Source: Candidatus Micrarchaeota archaeon (GTDB lineage: Archaea > Micrarchaeota > Micrarchaeia > Micrarchaeales > CABMGC01). From it: 50,767 bases of DNA. Position 1 is the stretch's first letter; each line of letters opens with the position of its first letter. Positions 44,581 through 50,767 of the stretch are shown here, one piece after another. The notes beneath the pieces were generated by a model. The model was given only the letters and a program-made list of their open reading frames with translations, did no database searches and was not told the DNA's origin. The stretch is from assembly GCA_027328425.1 (NCBI GenBank), contig DAHVUT010000026.1, positions 1-50,767 of the forward strand, in the 5' to 3' direction. The position numbers and the translations under genes are program-made.

Positions 44581-47500
44581 TTATTGCTTTCCTACGCTGC
44601 CTGCGCTGGGCACGCCTGTGACCTCGATGCCGTACACCTTGGAGTCGCCGGCGCTCTTTGCCACGCCTATGGCGGCGTCCGCGCTCACTATGAGGGTGTC
44701 GTTATGGCTCACCACTATGAACTGCGCATTGCCGCTCATCTGCTTTATGAGCTGCGACAGCCTCTTAGAGTTCTCCTTGTCCAGCGCCGTGTCTATCTCG
44801 TCGAATAGGTATATCGAAGACGGTTTGCACATGTGTATCGAGAACAGCAGCATCATCGACAGCAGCGACTTCTGCCCGCCGCTCATCCCCCTCTGCCTGC
44901 CCACGAAGTTGTCGTCCTCTATGCTTATCACCATGCCCGACTCGAGCGGGTTCCCGTGGTCCTCGAGCGCGAGCGTGGCCTTGCCAGGATATATGTAGTT
45001 GTAGAGCCTGCTGAAGTTCTTGTTAACTTCGTTGAACGTAGTCATGAACGCACTCATCTTCTTCGCCTCTATCTCCTCCATCATCGCGAGCACGGCGTGC
45101 CTCTCAGACTCGAGCGTGTCGAGCTTCTCCTTCGCTTCCCTCACGCTCCTCGCCTTCTCCTCGTACGCCTCCGGCGCCTTGAGGTTCACGTTGCCCAGCG
45201 CCTCCACCTTCGCGGCCGCCTGCGACGCCTCCCTCTCCAGCTGCTCCGGGTCACCCTCGACAATTTGGCAGTCCGCGCTCGTGTAGGCCGCCAGCTCAGC
45301 CGTCAGATCGTTGAGCCTGGTAGAGCCCTGTCCCTGCTTTACAAGCAGTTCGCTCGACCTCTTCCCCAGGTCGCCGGCGAGCGCCTCAGTGGCTGCGATC
45401 CTGCTCGCTAGCGTTTCCAGCTCCCTGCTTATCGCTTCCTGCTTCTCGAGAGCCTGCTTGCTGCGCTTGCTGCTGCCTAGCATCCTCGCCTCAGTCTCCT
45501 TCTGCAGCACCAGCAGCTCCTCCCTCCTCTTAGCGTCCCTCCCCAGGCCGGCATCAGCCTCTTCCATGAGCTTGCCTTTGGCCTCCAGCTCCCTATTCCT
45601 CTGCGTGATGGAAGCTGCGAGCATGTCGCTCTCCTTCTGCAGCTCGGCCACCTTCACGCTTGCTTCGCGCATCTCGGCGTTAGCGCGCTCCAGCTTCTCG
45701 CGTTCCGCCTTGCCGATGCCCTTGCCCGCCAGTTCGGCGCTCTCCCGCATGCTCTCCTCATAGGCATCGGTGCGCTCCTTCCTGCACTCCTCCAGCTCCT
45801 GGGATGCGGCGGTTATGGCGGCCTGCGCGGCTGCCAGCTCCTCCGCTGCCCTTGCGCTCTCGCTCACTGCCGAAGCCTGCTCCGCCTTCAGCGCCTCCAG
45901 TTTTGCGGAGACGCCCCTGCACACGGAATTGTGCTCGTTCACTAGAGCCGAGTATGAAGCAGAATGCATCTCAGCCTCGGCCGCACGGCTCCTAAGCGCG
46001 AACAGGCTGCTGTCCATCTCCTTAGCGCGCGAGAAGAGCCTGCCCTTCTTCTCCTCCAGTTCCCTTATCCTCCTCTCGACAGAGCCCAACGACGACGGCC
46101 TGCTCCTGCTGCCGCCCGAGAGTATGCCCGAGCGTTCTATCAGCTCGCCCTGCGGCGTCACCCACCTGTGCGCGCCTATGCCCGCGCGCTTGGCCGCGTC
46201 TATGCTCTCCACCAGGTATGTGTTGTTGAATACGTAAGAGAAGACGCTGTCGAATTTGTCATCGTAGTCAAGCAGGTCAGAGACGAGCTGAAGGCCCTTG
46301 ACCCCGTTCTCCTGCTCGGCGCGGAGCTCGCGCAACGGTATGAAAGTGGCCCTGCCCAGGTTGTTCGCCCTCAGGTATGAGATCATGCCCTTGGCCGAGT
46401 CGACGGAATCCACTACAAAGTAGTTGAACCTCGAGCCGGCTGCCGCCTCGATGGCCTCAGCGTACTTGTCATCGTAGCTGCAGAGTTCTGAAACAGCGCC
46501 GTAGAAACCATTGGACTTGCCGAACATATCCCTGAGCCTGCCCTGCACCACCTGCTCCCGCGGCTTCGACATGGCGCGCTGCTCCTTAAGGCTTATGAGC
46601 TCCGAGTCGATCGCGCCGAGCTCGTTGCGCAGCCTCTCCGACTCGCCCCCTGCTTCCTGCGCCTCTTTCGAGAGCTTCTGCTTGGCTGCTAGCGCATCAG
46701 CCGCCTTCGCCCCTGCGTCCTCGGCCTGCGCCTTCTCGCCTGCGAGCCTGTCGTTCAGCTCGCGCAGCTCCTTGCCGATTGCCTCCGCCTTCGCTTCGAG
46801 AAGCGTGACCTGTGTCTGCAGCCCCGCAGCAACCTCGCGCTTTGCGGCCAGTGTCTTCTCCCTGCCGACCACAATCCCGTCGAGTTCCCTGACGCGCTTG
46901 CCCATGTCCTCGCGCGCCGGAGCCGCCCTTGCGCCTGATTTCTTCGCCTCGGCTTCCAGTTCCGCCAGCCTGCCCTTGTGCTTGAGCAGGGAGCCCGTGT
47001 TTGCCTCTATCCGCTTCTGCATCGAGTCGAGTTCCGAGCGCACCGCAGCCATCTCTTCTCCCAGCTTCTTCGACGCACTCTTCCAGTTGCCTATCCTCAC
47101 GTCCAGCGCGCTCAGCTCGTTGCCTATCTCGGTGAACTTCCTGTTCGTGCTGTCGGCAGCGTTCGAGTGCTCTGTCAGGAGCTGCAGGAGTTCCTTCCTC
47201 TCGCCCTCCAGCTTCTGCGTCTTGCCCAAAAGCTCGCCCAGCTTCGCCGACAATCCTGCCTTGTCGGCCTCGATCCTCTCTATTTCCTTGGCGTAGGAGG
47301 CGCTGGCTAGCTCCGCCGCCTTCTTCCTGCCAACGAGTATGCTGTACTGCAGCGAGGCGCGCCTCTTCACGAGCTGCGCATAGCTCTCCGCAGCCGCCTT
47401 CTCCTTTGCGAGCTCGTTCAGGAACACGAGTCTCTCGTCGAGCATCGCCTGCGCCGCCGCCATCCGCGCCGCCACCTTGTCCAGCTCTGTCATCGCCTCC

Positions 47501-48003
47501 GCCTTCTTGGAGTCGAACTCCTGTATGCCTGCAGCTACGTCTATGAACTCCCTGCGCTGCTTCGCGTTGGCCTCTATTATCTTGTTGATCTCACCCTGCG
47601 CTATGGTGCTCGTCTCGTCCACGTGCACCCCGTGGCTCTTCATGACCTCGAGCACCTCCTGTCGAGTCATGCGCTTGCCGTTGAGCTTGTAGAGCGTCTT
47701 GCCATCCGCACGCACCCACTTCGCCAGCTCGATGTGCGCATCGCCGTCGAGCTCGAGCTTGACTACCGCCTTAGAGTTAGAACCGCTGCCCCTGGCGGAG
47801 GCCTCTCTTATCAGGTACTGCAGCCTGTCCACGCGGAGCCTCCTGAGCGACGTCTCGCCCAGGCAGAACAGCAGCGCGTCCACTATGTTGCTCTTTCCCG
47901 AGCCGTTCGGCCCCACCACGCAGTTGAATCCTTTGTTGAAAAGCAGGTCTACGTGCTTGAACGACTTGAACCTACCTATGCTCGCGGATCGTATATGGAG
48001 CAC
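44581..48003 (-). CDS. smc: chromosome segregation protein SMC
   Basis: Walker A GPNGSGKSN, long coiled coils, a hinge (FYGAVSEL...GRATFIPL), signature MSGGQKSL, and Walker B LFDEIDTALD. Confidence 0.9.
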   Translation of the reverse strand: MLHIRSASIGRFKSFKHVDLLFNKGFNCVVGPNGSGKSNIVDALLFCLGETSLRRLRVDRLQYLIREASARGSGSNSKAVVKLELDGDAHIELAKWVRADGKTLYKLNGKRMTRQEVLEVMKSHGVHVDETSTIAQGEINKIIEANAKQRREFIDVAAGIQEFDSKKAEAMTELDKVAARMAAAQAMLDERLVFLNELAKEKAAAESYAQLVKRRASLQYSILVGRKKAAELASASYAKEIERIEADKAGLSAKLGELLGKTQKLEGERKELLQLLTEHSNAADSTNRKFTEIGNELSALDVRIGNWKSASKKLGEEMAAVRSELDSMQKRIEANTGSLLKHKGRLAELEAEAKKSGARAAPAREDMGKRVRELDGIVVGREKTLAAKREVAAGLQTQVTLLEAKAEAIGKELRELNDRLAGEKAQAEDAGAKAADALAAKQKLSKEAQEAGGESERLRNELGAIDSELISLKEQRAMSKPREQVVQGRLRDMFGKSNGFYGAVSELCSYDDKYAEAIEAAAGSRFNYFVVDSVDSAKGMISYLRANNLGRATFIPLRELRAEQENGVKGLQLVSDLLDYDDKFDSVFSYVFNNTYLVESIDAAKRAGIGAHRWVTPQGELIERSGILSGGSRSRPSSLGSVERRIRELEEKKGRLFSRAKEMDSSLFALRSRAAEAEMHSASYSALVNEHNSVCRGVSAKLEALKAEQASAVSESARAAEELAAAQAAITAASQELEECRKERTDAYEESMRESAELAGKGIGKAEREKLERANAEMREASVKVAELQKESDMLAASITQRNRELEAKGKLMEEADAGLGRDAKRREELLVLQKETEARMLGSSKRSKQALEKQEAISRELETLASRIAATEALAGDLGKRSSELLVKQGQGSTRLNDLTAELAAYTSADCQIVEGDPEQLEREASQAAAKVEALGNVNLKAPEAYEEKARSVREAKEKLDTLESERHAVLAMMEEIEAKKMSAFMTTFNEVNKNFSRLYNYIYPGKATLALEDHGNPLESGMVISIEDDNFVGRQRGMSGGQKSLLSMMLLFSIHMCKPSSIYLFDEIDTALDKENSKRLSQLIKQMSGNAQFIVVSHNDTLIVSADAAIGVAKSAGDSKVYGIEVTGVPSAGSVGKQ

Positions 48004-48113
48004 TCACACCACTGGTCGCAATACCATTTTGCCATCACAATATTAAAGCCTTCTGCTCGCAGACGATGGAAGCATATTTATTCTTTCCAGTGTACTGTAA
48101 CCTGATGGGGCGC

Positions 48114-49076
48114 ATGAAAACTGAAGTAAAAGCACACACACACACACACAAGCAAGCTAGCAAGCTAGCACGCCATAGCGCCTACTACCGCTCCCAGTCC
48201 GCCATGGAATACCTGATGACCTACGGCTGGGCCATACTGATCATAGCCGTTGTCCTGGGCGCCCTCTTCAGTTTGGGGGTCTTCAACGGCGCGAACTTCG
48301 CCCCGAAGGCGCCGCCCGGCGCCTGCCAGGTCTTCAGGCCAAATGGGCCAGGAACAACAAGCTTTGTAAATCTTGAAGGAGTCTGCAACGGCGAGCTGCC
48401 GGAGTATGTGGCGAGTTTTGAAACCTCGCCAGCATACGTCCTAATAGCCAATGATCCCTACCTTCCCAGCGCCCCGGCCGCAAGCAGGAGCATAATTACA
48501 TGGATTGACCCCACTACCATACCGCACAGCACCAACCCTGACATATTTGGCGGCACGGTTTTTACGATGCCCCCAATAGGCTCGCGCAATCTAGACGTGT
48601 GCGGTGCTTTCAACCTTTTAATAAGTAACTGGAACGCTCTATTCCTTCACAAATGCATCAACGACATAACGAGTGCGGTACACTCGTACGAAAATACGTG
48701 GGAATTTGTCGCTGTAGTGTACAACAACGCCTCTGACACCGTAACATTTTATATAGACAGCCAGGTAAATGTGCAAACAAACAACGGGATGTACCCAGCC
48801 AGCCAAAACTTGACAGCAGGTGGCTGGGATACTAACGCTAACACAATTACCGGCTATATTTCAAACTTTCAGGTCTACAATACCTCACTCTCCCAACCTG
48901 AGATCAATGCACTTTATACCGAAGGCATCGGCGGGGCGCCCATCGACCTGCAGAACCTTGTGGGCTGGTGGCCGCTCAACGGCAATGCAAATGACTACAG
49001 CGGCAACAACAATGACGGCACTGCCTCCAATGTCATATACACAAGCTCGTGGACCTCTGGATATAGTGCGCCTTGA
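48114..49076 (+). CDS. type IV pilin-like protein (class III signal peptide) with LamG/ConA-like lectin domain, copy 1 (in frame)
   Basis: RSQSAMEYLMTYGWAILIIAVVLGALF prepilin-type N-terminus. The C-terminal LVGWWPLNGNANDYSGNNNDGT block is typical of LamG_3 domains. Alternative in-frame ATGs at 48105 and 48066. TATA box at about 48072-48083. Confidence 0.75.
   Translation: MKTEVKAHTHTHKQASKLARHSAYYRSQSAMEYLMTYGWAILIIAVVLGALFSLGVFNGANFAPKAPPGACQVFRPNGPGTTSFVNLEGVCNGELPEYVASFETSPAYVLIANDPYLPSAPAASRSIITWIDPTTIPHSTNPDIFGGTVFTMPPIGSRNLDVCGAFNLLISNWNALFLHKCINDITSAVHSYENTWEFVAVVYNNASDTVTFYIDSQVNVQTNNGMYPASQNLTAGGWDTNANTITGYISNFQVYNTSLSQPEINALYTEGIGGAPIDLQNLVGWWPLNGNANDYSGNNNDGTASNVIYTSSWTSGYSAP
48133..48150 (+). 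repeat. (CA)9 dinucleotide tract inside the pilin leader, followed by AGCA/AGCT tetranucleotide units (48151-48170)
   Basis: Counted directly: 18 nt of perfect CA, then AGCAAGCTAGCAAGCTAGCA. Confidence 0.95.
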
Positions 49077-49185
49077 CTGCAAGTTAGATACGCCAAATAT
49101 TTATTGTATATCAAAAAGTAAAGCTTTATTGAATTATATTACTTTATATAGTAAAGCTTTTAAACTTCAATATTTATGAAGTATC

Positions 49186-50478
49186 ATGGAAACCGAAACG
49201 ATAAAAAGGATAATCCAAGACCAGGAAGCAGAAAGGAACAGAATTCTCGCCCAGTCTGATATAATAGATAGGAGCGCAGGCAGGAGGATCGCAGAGCGTG
49301 CACTTGAGCACCCCAATATGTTCATAATATTGGGGATAAGAAGGAGCGGAAAATCCACACTTGTATGGCTCTTGCTTAAAGGAAAATCCTATGCCTACAT
49401 CAACTTCGATGATGAGGCCCTCTACGGAATAAAGTCTACAGACCTAAATACTATTTTAAAGGCGTTCTATGAACTCTACGGAGAAAAGATAGAGTATATA
49501 GCTTTGGATGAAATACAAAACATAGACGGATGGGAACTGTTCGTTAACAGGTTGGCCAGGAGCAAGAAAGTTATAATAACTGGTAGCAATTCTGCGCTGT
49601 TGTCCGGTGAGCTGGCAACACACCTTACGGGCAGGCACTCGGATTTCATTCTGTTCCCCTTCAGTTTCAGGGAATATCTGGAATACAGGAAGACAGATAT
49701 TACCAGAGTAAAGCAGAAACAGTTCTCCACAGAAACTGCGTCTATGATGTCAAGAATGCTCTCTGACTATGCAAAGGTCGGCGGAATGCCAGAAGGGTAC
49801 AAATTCGGAAAGGAGAGGATAAAGACCACATTCGGAGATGTAATAACCAAAGACGTAATAAGAAGACATAATATAAGAAATGCGAAAGCCATTGAGGATC
49901 TTGCAAAGTACTTGGTTTCCAATTTCGCAAAAGAGATAACATACAGCCGCATTCGCAGTGCGGTAGGAATAAACAGGGTGGCCACAGTTAGCATGTATGT
50001 AAGCTACCTTAAAGAGGCATATCTCATCTTTGAACTTTCCCGCTTTTCTTTCAAGCTGAAGATGCAGTCCATAGCCCCGAAGAAAGTATACTGTACCGAT
50101 ACAGCATTTATAAATGCAATAGCATTCACTCTCTCTGACAATGTAGGAAGGCTGATGGAAAACATTGTTGCAACAGAGCTATTCAGACGGAAAAATTACA
50201 GTGATACCGACATGGAGGTATTCTACTGGAAGGATCATTACAATCGTGAAGTTGATTTCGTAGTTAAAAAAGGGAAACGTGTCACAGAACTCCTACAAGT
50301 GACTTATGCGGGTTCTAGAGGTGAGATAAATGAAAGGGAAAAAGAAGCGCTCATGTATGGGGCAAAAAGCCTCAGGTGCAACAACCTTGTTATAATAACC
50401 TGGGACTACGAAGGCGAGATAAGAGAATCGGGCAAAAGGATAAAGTGCATTCCTCTCTGGAAGTGGCTGCTGGGATAG
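49186..50478 (+). CDS. AAA_14 / DUF4143 family ATPase
   Basis: Walker A GIRRSGKST, Walker B YIALDEIQ. The C-terminal architecture is typical of archaeal DUF4143 ATPases. GC looks very low by eye. Confidence 0.8.
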   Translation: METETIKRIIQDQEAERNRILAQSDIIDRSAGRRIAERALEHPNMFIILGIRRSGKSTLVWLLLKGKSYAYINFDDEALYGIKSTDLNTILKAFYELYGEKIEYIALDEIQNIDGWELFVNRLARSKKVIITGSNSALLSGELATHLTGRHSDFILFPFSFREYLEYRKTDITRVKQKQFSTETASMMSRMLSDYAKVGGMPEGYKFGKERIKTTFGDVITKDVIRRHNIRNAKAIEDLAKYLVSNFAKEITYSRIRSAVGINRVATVSMYVSYLKEAYLIFELSRFSFKLKMQSIAPKKVYCTDTAFINAIAFTLSDNVGRLMENIVATELFRRKNYSDTDMEVFYWKDHYNREVDFVVKKGKRVTELLQVTYAGSRGEINEREKEALMYGAKSLRCNNLVIITWDYEGEIRESGKRIKCIPLWKWLLG

Positions 50479-50547
50479 CAATGCGAGGCTATTTATGTTT
50501 TTCTTGGCAGTTTAGCAGTGTGGGCTGCATGGAAGCGGAAAAGTTAA

Positions 50548-50571
50548 CACACACACACACACACACACACA
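50548..50571 (+). repeat. (CA)12 dinucleotide tract in the leader of pilin copy 2, followed by AGCT/AGCA units
   Basis: Counted directly: 24 nt of perfect CA, then AGCTAGCAAGCTAGC, which is one AGCA unit fewer than copy 1. Confidence 0.95.
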
Positions 50572-50620
50572 AGCTAGCAAGCTAGCGCGCCATAGCGCCT
50601 ACTGCCGCTCCCAGTCTGCA

Positions 50621-50767
50621 ATGGAGTACCTGATGACCTACGGCTGGGCCATACTGATTATAGCCGTTGTCCTGGGCGCCCTCTTCAGTTTGGGAGTCTT
50701 CAACAGCGCAAACTTCGCCCCGAAGGCGCCGCCGGGCGCCTGCCAGGTCTTCAGGCCGAACGGGCCA
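50621..50767 (+). CDS. type IV pilin-like protein copy 2 (partial; out of frame with its promoter-proximal ATG 50529)
   Basis: MEYLMTYGWAILIIAVVLGALFSLGVFNSANFAPKAPPGACQVFRPNGP is about 94 percent identical in DNA to copy 1. The homologous ATG 50529 reads into TAG 50583-50585. The gene continues beyond the window. Confidence 0.55.
   Translation, partial: MEYLMTYGWAILIIAVVLGALFSLGVFNSANFAPKAPPGACQVFRPNGP

Noticed and set aside
48133-48170. CRISPR array or other spacer-repeat structure anywhere in the window
   Set aside because: The only tandem repeats are the CA tracts and the 4/8-nt AGCA/AGCT units. No 25-40-nt repeats with unique spacers were seen.

Overview
Archaeal chromosomal window of about 50.8 kb. 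The archaeal call rests on a histone, L7Ae, aIF5A, aEF-2, r-proteins S24e/S27ae/S28e/L24e/L30e, Hel308, SepF with two FtsZ genes, and pilin-like proteins with a class III signal peptide. Most genes appear leaderless, with AAGTATWATATAYCC-like TATA boxes 25-35 nt upstream of the start codon. The gene repertoire and the low-complexity tails on r-proteins suggest a small-genome DPANN/Micrarchaeota-like or Thermoplasmata-like lineage; that is inference only.

Backbone genes, in order:
- two HIT hydrolases
- an HTH regulator followed by sufB-sufD-sufC-sufS
- heme O synthase facing three unassigned membrane proteins
- ATP-dependent DNA ligase
- tandem ftsZ genes
- aIF5A-S24e-S27ae, a CPBP protease, a SpoU methyltransferase and SepF
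- Hel308 and a glycosyltransferase
- thiI and L7Ae-S28e-L24e
- L30e-S12-S7-EF2, signal peptidase I and SMC

Genes or RNAs absent from, or mis-framed in, the ORF track that I recovered by hand:
- S27ae (17468-17617)
- L24e (33081-33254)
- a 40-aa RHH protein (23211-23333)
- tRNA-Thr(UGU) (24505-24576)
- a candidate RNase P RNA (29959-30194, minus strand)

Observations most worth follow-up:
1. Two paralogous LamG-domain pilin genes carry (CA)n plus AGCA/AGCT repeats between the start codon and the signal peptide. One copy is in frame and the other is out of frame by exactly one CA unit. This looks like slipped-strand phase variation.
2. A TnpA-less TnpB element sits directly 5' of tRNA-Thr. It has a translationally coupled RHH gene, a hairpin left end, a cloverleaf-like structured segment, and a second solo copy of the end motif upstream of ftsZ1.
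3. A four-gene operon of orphan soluble proteins is wedged upstream of L30e, and NusA is absent from its usual position there.
4. A His-bearing 12-TM protein, a 6-7-TM protein and a DoxX/DoxD-like protein lie next to heme O synthase.
5. The HTH regulator upstream of the suf operon has a Cys-cluster tail and paired palindromes.

All family assignments come from motif recognition by eye. No database search or numerical computation was run.
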